Below, piece by piece: positions 51,814 to 61,190 of a stretch of 64,000 nucleotides of DNA (position 1 is its first letter; each line of letters begins with the position of its first letter). The notes below the pieces were generated by a model. It had not been told where the DNA came from. It did not search any database and saw nothing but the letters and a program-made list of their open reading frames with translations. Where the stretch lies: the IMG/VR virus record IMGVR_UViG_3300027533_000013, positions 55,702-119,701 of that record; one strand, 5' to 3'. Origin of the DNA: a virus (lineage: Duplodnaviria > Caudoviricetes). The translations under genes were made by a program, and so were the position numbers.

Positions 51814-53123
51814 TGAATCATCGAGCGTGCAATAACATCGGGGGACGGTTCGTGGCCAATGGCCATCGTGTGACATTCGGTGGTGTTCCGTATGATATTC
51901 CACCAACACCGAACACACCGGACATGCACGGGCCGTTGGTGGCGTTCGCGTCTGCCGAAGACATCGGTACGCCTGAATTTGGGACGTGGTTCATGCGATC
52001 AGGTGAACAGCCATTCCGACCTACTGGTATTCACTGGCGCTCATGGTGGCCCGGTCGCTTCGCGCCTGATGGCACGTATTACATGAGCGGTAAGCGGGGT
52101 GATCTTGGTGAGGACAGTGGTCGGGCGTCGTTCTGGATGATCAGGACTGGTCAGGCGGCTGGTCCGTTTGCTACGGGCACCACGAACATCGAAGGCATCA
52201 GCGATTTCAAGGCCGATGGCCAAGGTGGATGGATTCCGATGTGGCAGAACCGGGGCAGGCCATTGATCGTGGAAATTAACCGCACGTCCTACCGATTGCC
52301 GTTGTGGACGCAGGCCGGTGAGTGGCTGTACGGACAGATGACCGGGGCCTACGGCGACCAACATATTGCCAAAGACCCGAGCGGTGTGTGGAGACTTGTC
52401 ACCACCAAGACTCCACCGCCCATCTTCCCGTGTGTGAAGCAGCAGCAGGATGGGTCATTGCTGGTGGCGTGGGTGGGTGACAAGGAGTCGTTCATCTCAT
52501 CGCATCAGGGATGGCCGGTGCTGGTGATTGAACCTCCGGTGGTGAAGCCACCGAAACCGCCCATCATTGAACCACCGATAGTGATTCCACCGAAGCCGAA
52601 ACCACCGACTGAAATACGGTCATTGTTTCCGAAAATGGAGCGATTTATGAGCGAGACTGAATTGGTCGTGCGTGCCCTTCAGAAGCAAGTGAACTGGAAC
52701 CCGAACATGGATGGACGAGGCCACCGTGCCATTTGGGGCAGTGTGCGGCCTGACGGTCCTCTCGTGAACGGCGAGGGGAAGGTCAAGATCGGGGACGAGG
52801 TGTCAAACGCCCCGCCTGATCCGCATGGTGAGCACCCTGAAGGTCCACAGGATGACGGCTCCGATGATCAGACGGAAGTGCGGCTCCGTATGCTACCGGG
52901 CGAACAGGGTGAGTCGCAGCTTCAACGTATCGACATTCAGTTCACCAACGGTGAGCGGTTGCAGTTGTGTGAGATGCCACCGGACAGTCCCGATCAGTTT
53001 GGTGAACTTCAGACTCGTGCTACGGACGCCATCGACATTCAGGAAATGTGGAATGATGGCATCTTGGGCAACGTGGAACAGGTGTTTCACCTGAGTGGTG
53101 GCGCACTCCGCGTGATTCGATGA
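51813..53123 (+). CDS. Two-domain protein; N-domain paralogous to tail gene 11903
   Basis: MNHRACNN...EFGTWF...PGRFAPDG...CVKQQ.DGSLLVAW.GD.ESF; Pro/Lys linker. Confidence 0.65.
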   Translation: MNHRACNNIGGRFVANGHRVTFGGVPYDIPPTPNTPDMHGPLVAFASAEDIGTPEFGTWFMRSGEQPFRPTGIHWRSWWPGRFAPDGTYYMSGKRGDLGEDSGRASFWMIRTGQAAGPFATGTTNIEGISDFKADGQGGWIPMWQNRGRPLIVEINRTSYRLPLWTQAGEWLYGQMTGAYGDQHIAKDPSGVWRLVTTKTPPPIFPCVKQQQDGSLLVAWVGDKESFISSHQGWPVLVIEPPVVKPPKPPIIEPPIVIPPKPKPPTEIRSLFPKMERFMSETELVVRALQKQVNWNPNMDGRGHRAIWGSVRPDGPLVNGEGKVKIGDEVSNAPPDPHGEHPEGPQDDGSDDQTEVRLRMLPGEQGESQLQRIDIQFTNGERLQLCEMPPDSPDQFGELQTRATDAIDIQEMWNDGILGNVEQVFHLSGGALRVIR

Positions 53124-54007
53124 CCCGCCCATGGTTCCCGCGTATCCCGAGGTTCATGGTGGCCGAAGGCCCACCACCAGAGCCACCGACGACACCCGGC
53201 TGGCCGAACATGGACAAGCTGAACGCAGCCCGAGGTATCGAGATTGGGGCGTTGTATCAAGGCCATAACCTCATCAAGACGTGGGGAGACGCGGACGCTT
53301 TCAAGACGAACTGGGCATCGTGTTGCCGTACGTGGGTAGCGTCTCTGTGGGGCATCTGGATCAGTGACAACGGGCTGGACTGGCTGGGCAGACCGATGCG
53401 TGACCTCCCCTGTCATACGGCCTATCGGTTCCCGAGTGACGTGTTGGTGAAGCATGTCCAGAGCTACACCAGCATCCTCCGACCACCCGGCCACCGCTGG
53501 ACGTATTCGAACGGGGATCATTGGCCATGGCAGAACACCTGTATCGGGGAACTGTTTGAGACCACGGTGGATGATGCCTGCCAGCAATATCTGATTAACC
53601 CGATGGGGGCATCGCTTCAGGCTGTCAGGAACCGAGAAGATGGCACACTCAGGGTGTATGGATCGGCCAAGGAGCAGACGAAGTTGGCTCGGATGCTACT
53701 CGATAACGGGTGGGCCAACGGGATGCAATTGATTGCAGGACCATATGCCGAACGGATTGTGGCGGGAGGGCCGGATGGCACAGGCTATCCGAACCCCTTG
53801 GAAGGGTATCAGACGCATTTGTGTAAGAACGGTCAGGCGTGGGAACTGAACATGCCCCGAGTTCCAGACTTGTTCATGGCTCGGGATGGGTCTGACGACT
53901 ACAATAGCGGCCACGGGGCTATTGTGGGAGTTGAGAGTCTGAACGCCACGTTTGCGTACCGTGGGGCGTCACCAGAGAAGGTCTTTCCGTACGTGTTCAC
54001 AACATAG
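53120..54007 (+). CDS. Beta-lactamase/serine-hydrolase-fold protein with atypical SxxR motif
   Basis: ASCCR, PGHRWTYSN, KLARMLLDNGWANGMQLI, PDLFMA. Confidence 0.55.
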   Translation: MTRPWFPRIPRFMVAEGPPPEPPTTPGWPNMDKLNAARGIEIGALYQGHNLIKTWGDADAFKTNWASCCRTWVASLWGIWISDNGLDWLGRPMRDLPCHTAYRFPSDVLVKHVQSYTSILRPPGHRWTYSNGDHWPWQNTCIGELFETTVDDACQQYLINPMGASLQAVRNREDGTLRVYGSAKEQTKLARMLLDNGWANGMQLIAGPYAERIVAGGPDGTGYPNPLEGYQTHLCKNGQAWELNMPRVPDLFMARDGSDDYNSGHGAIVGVESLNATFAYRGASPEKVFPYVFTT

Positions 54008-54015
54008 GAGAACGC

Positions 54016-54261
54016 ATGGACATTCAGAAGTTCTTAGACGAGAAGTTGGCCGAGAACCCGGAGGCCCAGAAGTACGTCGAGAAGTTGTGGTACATTCCCC
54101 ATGGCGAGGCACCGCCACCCGAGGTGACGCACACCATCCGGTTGTCGTCTGTGCAGTCCCCAGTGCAACGAGAGATTACGGTGGGGCTGGTAGTCAAGCC
54201 ACCCTACGCAGCCGCCTTGGACGCCCTTCTGGCGACCGCAGCGACCCAGCCACGGCAATAG
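54016..54261 (+). CDS. Hypothetical protein
   Basis: AGGAG RBS; followed by a GCAGGCCAG/CTGGCCTGC hairpin (54269-54294). Confidence 0.55.
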   Translation: MDIQKFLDEKLAENPEAQKYVEKLWYIPHGEAPPPEVTHTIRLSSVQSPVQREITVGLVVKPPYAAALDALLATAATQPRQ

Positions 54262-55545
54262 CTCAACAGCAGGCCAGTCTAACCGCTGGCCTGCCTACTT
54301 GACAAATCAACGAGGGTTTGGTAAAGTAGGGATATGAATTTAGCCCATGGAGGGGAACCGATGACAGAGCCAGAGATTCTGGACGACGATCAAGAAGTTC
54401 AGTTGCCAGTGGATGAGTGCCCCCGCTGCCACAAAGTGGCGGAACTTGACGGTGATTCTGAGGCGGGTATCGAGTTTACCCAACCGATCTGTAAGAAGTG
54501 CCGCGAGTGGTGTATTCAAGATTTTCAAATGGACGACTTCGACCGTGCCTACGAACGGGCTCGGGCGAATGGATGGGAGGACTAATGGAATCCCAAGTTC
54601 CCGTCCGTTACGTGTGCCTGCATTGCCAGTGCTACATTCCGGAGTCCGTGGTGGACCTGCAAGCGATGGTTCACACGACGACGCAGTATTATCCGAACCG
54701 CGTGATCAAGAGCTTCGAACGCCACCCAGTGCGCGTGGAGTTTCTAGATACCCGCGCCGAGATGACCGAGGCCGACATGGATGCTATGGCGACCTATTAC
54801 CAACAGGTGACGCAATGAACTGGGCGCTATTGAAGGAGTTGGGAGCGAAGGCGACTCAAGGTGCGTGGACGACCGCTGACACGTCGAGCGGTGGCCGTAT
54901 CTTGAAGCGTGGCAAGGAGAACCCGGTCAGTGAGCGTCACCCTCAGTCGCACTTGCAGATTGTGCCTGCCGAGGATGCCGATTTCGTGGCCGCACTGGTG
55001 AATGCGTGGCCGGAGATTGTGGCCGACCGTGAGAAGGATCAGGAGCGTATCAAGGAGTTGGAGCAGCGGATCGGGTATTTGGAAACTGATCTGGAGACTG
55101 AGGACATATGAAGTACGTCAACACGATTCACGGACGAGTGCCGCTGTGGCGGTGGCGGCTGAAATGGTGGCTGATCGGGAACCGAGAGATATGGTTCAAG
55201 CTCGTGTGTATGGCCCGAGGCCATCGCGTGGTGCCTGACGTCAATCGGTTGTATTGCGTGCGCTGTCACCGGGTGGTGCCGCGATGAACCGACGAGAGAT
55301 GATGCGGCGATTTTCCTGCGTGAATTCGAAGGAGACGGCTATCCGCATGGCGGATTTTAGTCAGGAGAAGAATGGCGCTCGGGTGCAGATGGTCGTGGTG
55401 AAGTGGGGCGACGACTTGTTCATCGTTTTCAATTGGAATACGACCAGTAAGGACTTCGACGTGGTGAGAACCATGCCGGTGGTGTATCAAGCGAAGACTG
55501 CTTGACAAATGTGCTATTATCTTTGCATGCTCAGGAGGAGCTTGA

Positions 55546-55746
55546 ATGCCGAGACAGATTGCACCACGGCTGGCGTCGGGAGAATCCCGTATTAACTGGG
55601 GTGGACGGTTACCATCACATGTGAAAGCGGCTTTGCGGGTGATTGCGCGAGACGAGAAGAAGTCGATGTCGTGGGTGATGGAAGAAGTCGTGATTGACTA
55701 TTTTTCGTTGAAGCGTCCGAAGTATCGCAGTCGGAAGGTGGCCTGA
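55546..55746 (+). CDS. Ribbon-helix-helix-like protein
   Basis: AGGAGG RBS; RLPSHVKAALRVIARDEKKSMSWVMEEVV. Confidence 0.6.
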   Translation: MPRQIAPRLASGESRINWGGRLPSHVKAALRVIARDEKKSMSWVMEEVVIDYFSLKRPKYRSRKVA

Positions 55747-55797
55747 CCCGGAAGGTGGACACGGGCCAAGCCACTGTTGGTAGCGCGTTACCTACTG

Positions 55798-56070
55798 TTA
55801 CCGCACGGGGAAACGCTTCGCGGCAAGCTCGTCCACGTAGGCGTTGTGTTCTGCGACCGTCTTGGGACGCCACTTGTAAGGCGTGTGGCCCTTGGGTGGC
55901 CGCACCACGGTCTTGGTGGGTGACCCATCGGACGGGAGCACGTCGGGTGTCCAGTCGGTTGGCACGCCACTGACCCCGCCAGCCTGTGCCGCAGGATGTG
56001 ATGTTGGCTTGAACGGGGATGCTGGTTTCTCGGACGCAGGCGACTTGGTGTCGGCTGTGGTTTCGGTCAT
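55798..56070 (-). CDS. Hypothetical Pro-rich protein
   Basis: GGGAG RBS on the minus strand. Confidence 0.45.
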   Translation of the reverse strand: MTETTADTKSPASEKPASPFKPTSHPAAQAGGVSGVPTDWTPDVLPSDGSPTKTVVRPPKGHTPYKWRPKTVAEHNAYVDELAAKRFPVR

Positions 56071-57311
56071 GGTGTTGTCTCCCGAGAAGATGATACAGCA
56101 AGTCGCGTGCCGAGTGGGTGATTATGAACTGGCGCTGTTTTTGGCTCACACACTTGTGGTATCCGTGGGATTGTGAGAGCCCACAATGTCCATTGCCGCA
56201 TCGTCAATGTGCTCGGTGTGGAAAGAGACAAACGTATTATGGCCCATTGGGAGGATGGAGGACGCAATGAAGAAGCGGGTTCAGGTCATTCGGTGTTGGC
56301 CGGTGTGTAAGCGACCGGGGTGTGGAAAGGCAGCGGCAGTTCAACGGTTTGATAGCCCGTTCAGAGGTTATTGCAGTTCGAAGTGCCATGGTCTAGGCGA
56401 GGGATGGCTCGTGCAATCAGTTGCACAAGGGAGATGACATGGCCGAGGTCGTAGTTCAGCAGAACGTAGTAATAAAGGTGACAGAGTCCGAGTGGAAGCT
56501 GATCATGAAGTGTCTGGCGATGATGGCTGGAGTGGAAAATCTCAGAAACATCCCGGAAGAAAAGGAAAAGGCGGCTGCGTTGAACAAGCAGTTGCTGGGT
56601 CAGCGGGTGTATGTTCTGCGAGGGCAGTTGAAGTCGGCTGAAGATGCGCTGGCCAACACGGAGAACGAAGATTCGCAGGAGGATTCGTTGCCTGCTAGGA
56701 TGGCCGAAGCTGTAAATCGGGTGAGTGCAGTAGGGAGTCAGGGGCCGGAAAAGATTGATGTGGGTCGCAAGATTGGGGACTGACATGACTACTCTCGTAG
56801 TTAAACAGTGCTTTGTCTGTCAGGGCACTGACGACCATGTGTCGGAGATGACAGACGGAGTGTCACGTCATCTGGTGTGTGACAGTTGCCGCCCATTGGT
56901 GAACATCATGTTCGCGGTGTATGGGAAGCTGGGAGTAGCGGTGCTGGAGGCGGCTCAGGCGAAGCGCGGATCGAGAGATTGACAAATGATGCCACTGAGG
57001 GTATACTTCAGGAATGATTACGCTGGCTCAGAACCGTGTATGGGTCATTTTTGATGATGCCCCAGAGGACTTTGGACCGGAAGGCATCCTCGGGAATGTG
57101 GCCTATGCTAGTAAGCTGGATGCTGACTGGGAATTGGGTCAGTTGAAGTCTGATAAGCCTTACGAGCACCAGTATTGCAGCGTGAAGGGGCTGCGTATTA
57201 TCCCGAAGAAGAAGGTGAAGCGGTGACGTGGCTGTTGTTGGTTATGGGGTGTTTCCCTAGAACCATTGGTGCGTTCGTGTCAGGTCTGTTCGGGGTGAAG
57301 AAGGTGAAGCG

Positions 57312-57833
57312 ATGAGAGTGGGGTTCACGGGCACGTCGGCAGGACTGACGAACGATCAGTTGATTCAGGTGCATATGCTGTTGGGCGACCTGCAATTTGG
57401 TGGGGCGACACAGGCCACCCATGGCATGTGCATCGGTGCCGATGAACAGTTCCATGGTCAGGCCAAGGGCTTCGGCTATTTCGTGATTGGTGTGCCCGGT
57501 GTGAACTTCAAGGGTGATCCCTTCAAGCGTGCCAACGTGGTCTGCGATATGGTGGTGCCGCCGAGACCGTTCCTTGTTAGGAACCGGGACATTGTGGCCG
57601 AGTCCGATGTCATCATTGCGTGCCCGAGGGAGACGACGGAGCAGTTTCGTGGCTCCGGCACGTGGGCGACTATCCGATACTCTCGACAGGCCAAGAAGCC
57701 GCTGGTAATTGTGTGGCCGGATGGTTCAGGTATCGTGGAGCATGTGGCCGGTGTGAAGACGTTGGCCGAGTATCGAGAGATGCAGCATAAGGAGAGTCAT
57801 GAGCGACGAACGGAAGTACCAATTACCCCCTGA
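57312..57833 (+). CDS. SLOG-superfamily protein
   Basis: VGFTG, HGMCIGAD, RNRDIV, GSGTWATIRY. Confidence 0.75.
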   Translation: MRVGFTGTSAGLTNDQLIQVHMLLGDLQFGGATQATHGMCIGADEQFHGQAKGFGYFVIGVPGVNFKGDPFKRANVVCDMVVPPRPFLVRNRDIVAESDVIIACPRETTEQFRGSGTWATIRYSRQAKKPLVIVWPDGSGIVEHVAGVKTLAEYREMQHKESHERRTEVPITP

Positions 57834-58014
57834 ACTACCGTCTGAAGACCCACAGATGACGGTGGAGGCCCTGAAGCACGTCGTACAGGAGTTGACCCAC
57901 AAGATTCACTTTCTCGTCCAGTGGGCCGACGAGAAGGGTCTACTGGAAGACCATCAATTTGAGTTTCCGGATGGTGACGTGTGGAAAGCCCGAGACGTGG
58001 AACCACCGAAATGA
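57799..58014 (+). CDS. Hypothetical protein
   Basis: AAGGAG RBS. Confidence 0.5.
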   Translation: MSDERKYQLPPELPSEDPQMTVEALKHVVQELTHKIHFLVQWADEKGLLEDHQFEFPDGDVWKARDVEPPK

Positions 58015-58105
58015 GAACGGCGATCATCCTCGTGGGAGTTGTGCTCATGGTGGTGGGGTACATCGTGGCGTTGTGGGTAGTACCTGATATTGTGGGATGG
58101 GTGGA

Positions 58106-58134
58106 TTGACAAACGCCAGTTAGTGTGAGACAAT
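58106..58134 (+). promoter_or_regulatory. Sigma70 promoter
   Basis: TTGACA-17-GACAAT with extended TG. Confidence 0.6.
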
Positions 58135-58307
58135 GGTTTCAGTGAGGTGACGGATGCGTTAGACAAGGAGCCGGGAGTAGGGACCAGCCGACAAGTACCG
58201 TGGGCACCCTGAAGCGGCATCAAACCAGCGCGGACTCGACGGGTGGCAGAATCCTATGCCGGGTAGGGCCACCCCGGAGAAATCCCGGCCTCAGTCATGG
58301 AGGACAA

Positions 58308-58532
58308 ATGAGCAATAATATATCCCGTCGCGGCAATTCATCGTGGGTGCATCAAGCGGTGCTGGTGAACGGTCAACCGGTCCCAGCGTGTAAGCCTGAG
58401 CCGGTGGCACGGATCGCAGGGTGGCAGGCCGTCGAGTTTGCAGTCAATTGCACGGAGTGCATCGAGGTCGAGGCCGAGGAAGGGTATTACGACGCAGCCA
58501 ACGAGCCGTTGGTGGTGTGGAGGGGCCTGTAA
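58308..58532 (+). CDS. Hypothetical protein
   Basis: GGAGG RBS. Confidence 0.5.
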   Translation: MSNNISRRGNSSWVHQAVLVNGQPVPACKPEPVARIAGWQAVEFAVNCTECIEVEAEEGYYDAANEPLVVWRGL

Positions 58533-58753
58533 TGCTCTACACGCTTACGCTCAAGCTGGAGGCATATCACAAGCCGTCTGAGTCGTGGCACGTCCATGAG
58601 GTCAAGCACGGGGTCCGAGCGGTGTCTCGGAAGCACGCGCTGAACAAGGGGCTGAAGGTGGTCACGTCGTGGCCGGGATATCAGGACCGGGTGAACGAAC
58701 CGGACTGGCAGGTGGGAGCGGAAGCCACACTTGACAAATCAGACCGGGCATGA
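58532..58753 (+). CDS. Hypothetical protein
   Basis: TAATG coupling. Confidence 0.5.
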   Translation: MLYTLTLKLEAYHKPSESWHVHEVKHGVRAVSRKHALNKGLKVVTSWPGYQDRVNEPDWQVGAEATLDKSDRA

Positions 58754-58759
58754 GATAAT
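58731..58759 (+). promoter_or_regulatory. Sigma70 promoter driving GGY-NN array A
   Basis: TTGACA-17-GATAAT with extended TG; the array starts 11 nt downstream. Confidence 0.75.
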
Positions 58760-58769
58760 TGTTTTGTTC

Positions 58770-58834
58770 GGTAAGGCTTGGTACGGTGGGCCTTGGCTGG
58801 GCACGGTGTGGTGGGGCATGGTTTGGTGCGGCGG
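58770..58834 (+). repeat. GGY-NN pentamer array A (13 units), putative guide RNA
   Basis: 12 of 13 units begin GGY; NN variable. Confidence 0.85.
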
Positions 58835-58855
58835 CTCATGGAGGAGCGGTTAAAA

Positions 58856-59713
58856 ATGACAAAACAAGCAACGATTCACAATCCAACAAATTTCGACCCG
58901 GCGAATTACGAGGTCGTTGACTATTTGGACAACAAGCGTCCCGGCTATTACGGTCAAGGGATGGAAGCGTTCGAAGCCGAAATCAAGTTCTGGGAAGCCG
59001 ACATGCTGAACACCTTCGGTGCCGACTGGCGCAAGAAGGTTCGTCGCTGCATCCATTGCGGCAACGGTCGCGTCCGCTGGATCACGGCCACCAAGTATCT
59101 CCCCACGGATGAGACGGTGGTCTTCGGGTCTGATTGCACGTCGCGGCTGGAGTTCGCCAACAAGATGGAGTGGAAGCTGGCCGTCCTGAAGTCCAAGGCG
59201 GAAGCGGGTCATGCAAAGATGAAGGTCTGGAATGCTCGTGTCAAGTTCCTTGACGCGAACCCAGCGTTCGTGACAGCCATCGAGCAAGCGAAGAACGACA
59301 TTCATGCGAAGAACAGCTTCGTGCATGACGTGATCAGCAAGCTGAACATCTACGGGAGCTTGAGCGAACGTCAAGTGTCGGCGGTGCTCTCGTCCCTGAA
59401 GCGCGACGTGGACACGGCAGCGGCCAAGGCAGTAGAGGCCATCGAGGTCAAGGGAGACGCCCCAGAGGGCCGCGTGACGGTCACAGGGGTGGTCCTGAGC
59501 ACGAAGCTGGTCGAGAGCATCTACGGGAATACCCGGAAGATGCTGGTCAAGCTGGAGAACAATTCGCGGGTGTGGGTGACTGCCCCGTCGAAGGAGCACA
59601 TTGAACGGAACGACACGGTGACGTTCACGGCGACGTTCACGGTCAGCAAGGACGACAAGAGTTTCGCGTTTGGTTCCCGGCCCGTGCTGGTGAGCCAAGT
59701 GGCGGCAGCGTAA
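58856..59713 (+). CDS. Phage protein with Cys motif and C-terminal OB-fold-like domain, between arrays A and B
   Basis: GGAGGAG RBS; CIHC...C; GRVTVTGVVLSTK...DTVTFTATF. Confidence 0.7.
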   Translation: MTKQATIHNPTNFDPANYEVVDYLDNKRPGYYGQGMEAFEAEIKFWEADMLNTFGADWRKKVRRCIHCGNGRVRWITATKYLPTDETVVFGSDCTSRLEFANKMEWKLAVLKSKAEAGHAKMKVWNARVKFLDANPAFVTAIEQAKNDIHAKNSFVHDVISKLNIYGSLSERQVSAVLSSLKRDVDTAAAKAVEAIEVKGDAPEGRVTVTGVVLSTKLVESIYGNTRKMLVKLENNSRVWVTAPSKEHIERNDTVTFTATFTVSKDDKSFAFGSRPVLVSQVAAA

Positions 59714-59716
59714 TGT

Positions 59717-59876
59717 GGCGGGGTAGGGCTAGGTGGGGTCTGGCAAGGTCTGGTGAGGCGGGGCTTGGCTATGTCGGGCGCTGTATGGTAAGGCGAGGTA
59801 AGGCACGGCGAGGGGTGGTAAGGCGTGGCAGGGCTGGGTCCGGTTTGGTAGGGTGTGGCGGGGCAGGGTAGGGTGA
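59717..59876 (+). repeat. GGY-NN pentamer array B (32 units), putative guide RNA
   Basis: 29 of 32 units begin GGY; strict 5-nt phase. Confidence 0.9.
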
Positions 59877-59879
59877 TGA

Positions 59880-59908
59880 TTGACATATTTCATCCTAGTG
59901 TGTAAGCT
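59880..59908 (+). promoter_or_regulatory. Sigma70 promoter driving array C and the RAMP gene
   Basis: TTGACA-17-TAAGCT. Confidence 0.75.
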
Positions 59909-59921
59909 ACCAACTCCGTGA

Positions 59922-60126
59922 GGTGCGGTCGGGTGTGGCAGGGTACGGAAAGGTGAGGCTAGGTGGGGTCAGGTCTGGCAGGGTCTGGTTTGGCAAGGTG
60001 AGGTTAGGTCGGGCACGGTAAGGCGTGGCGGGGTAGTGTCGGGCACGGTATGCCATGGCCGGGTGAGGCAGGGCAAGGTCAGGCAGGGTGCGGTCAGGCA
60101 GGGTGCGGTCAGGCAAGCCAAGGTAA
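59922..60126 (+). repeat. GGY-NN pentamer array C (41 units), putative guide RNA
   Basis: 37 of 41 units begin GGY. Confidence 0.9.
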
Positions 60127-60153
60127 GGGTTTTGAAAACAAGGAGTGTTGCAG

Positions 60154-60795
60154 ATGAAGGTAGTCAAGTGCAGGATTCAGGGTGTCGGGGCAGGATTGCT
60201 CATGCACAGGTTCCCGTTGGAACCGATTGAAGCCATCGAGAAGAAGACGGCTCAGGAGCAGGCAGAGATTTCTGCGTATCGTGATCCCGTCACGAAGTCG
60301 CTGTATGTTCCAGCGGTGAACATCCAGCGGTGTTTGGTGAACGGGGCGACGTTCAGCAAGGGGAAGGGCCGAGCGTCGTTACAGAAGCAGGTTGCGGCCT
60401 GCGTCATTGTGGGGCCGGAAGAGCGGTTGCCACTGTTGGCTGAGTACGAGATAGCTACGTGGGGTCTTTGCTCTGCCTACGAAGTGTCCAGCTTGTCGGT
60501 CGTTATTCCGGCCACGAAGGGACGAGTCCTTCGGCATCGTCCTCTGATCAAGAAGTGGGCAGTTCTGTTTGAGGTCGAGTATGACGAGCGGCTGTTGACC
60601 GAGGTACAGTTGCGGCGAGTCGTGGACGACTCAGGCACTCGTGTGGGGTTGCTCGATTTCCGTCCCGAGAAGAAGGGGCCGTATGGCCGATTTGTGGTCA
60701 CGCTCTGGGAGCCGTTGGGCGGTAAGGATGAACCGGAGTTGCCGGAAGTCGTGGACGAAGAGAGCGACGGAGCCGAAGAAGCTACTGAAGGGTAA
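60154..60795 (+). CDS. Stand-alone Cas7/RAMP-like protein (putative RNA-guided effector)
   Basis: AGGAG RBS; IQG...LLMH first strand; LYVPAVNIQRCL; G-rich loop GTRVGLLDFRPEKKGPYGRFVV. Confidence 0.8.
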   Translation: MKVVKCRIQGVGAGLLMHRFPLEPIEAIEKKTAQEQAEISAYRDPVTKSLYVPAVNIQRCLVNGATFSKGKGRASLQKQVAACVIVGPEERLPLLAEYEIATWGLCSAYEVSSLSVVIPATKGRVLRHRPLIKKWAVLFEVEYDERLLTEVQLRRVVDDSGTRVGLLDFRPEKKGPYGRFVVTLWEPLGGKDEPELPEVVDEESDGAEEATEG

Positions 60796-60799
60796 GGAT

Positions 60800-61189
60800 G
60801 GCTTGGTTAGGTCTGCCATGGCGGGGCGTGGCGGGGCCGGGTATGGCTAGGCGAGGTTTGCCATGGTGCGGCAAGGCGGGGCGAGGCATGGTCCGGTTCG
60901 GCGTGGCAAGGTTGGGTAAGGTGGGGTCAGGCATGGCACGGTGCTGTACGGCAAGGCGGGGCAAGGTTGGGCTAGGCGCGGTACGGCATGGCAAGGTGCG
61001 GTGCGGTTGGGTGTTGCGTGGCGGGGTTGGGTTCGGTGAGGTGAGGTCGGGTATGGCCGGGTCTGGCTTGGCGTGGTTTTGCGAGGTCTGGTGAGGTCAG
61101 GTGCGGTCGGGTAAGGCGCGGCGGGGTTAGGTTTGGCTTGGTAAGGCGGTGCCGGGTGAGGTCAGGTTGGGCAAGGCAGGGTGTGGTGT
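60800..61189 (+). repeat. GGY-NN pentamer array D (78 units), putative guide RNA
   Basis: 72 of 78 units begin GGY; no phase slip over 390 nt. Confidence 0.92.
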
Positions 61190-61190
61190 C

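Larger units (their letters stand above)
54299..57226 (+). other. Early-type cluster of small genes with promoters at 54299, 55502, 56979 (ORFs 54361-54585, 54585-54818, 54815-55111, 55284-55505, 56439-56783, 56785-56982, 57014-57226)
   Basis: TTGACAAA promoters (e.g. 56979 TTGACA-17-TATACT) and coupled ORFs. Confidence 0.55.

Noticed and set aside
59521-61094. ORFs crossing the pentamer arrays (59521-59886, 59907-60167, 60036-60230, 60782-60994, 60798-61094, and the 58778 N-terminal extension)
   Set aside because: Low-complexity translations of a 5-nt repeat; the good RBS/ATG pairs lie just after the arrays (58856, 60154).
58770-61189. Arrays as a CRISPR array, simple microsatellite or mere G-quadruplex tract
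   Set aside because: There is no 25-40-nt repeat/spacer structure. NN is too diverse for a slippage microsatellite. G4 formation would not require an exact 5-nt phase with a pyrimidine at position 3, although G4 folding is not excluded.
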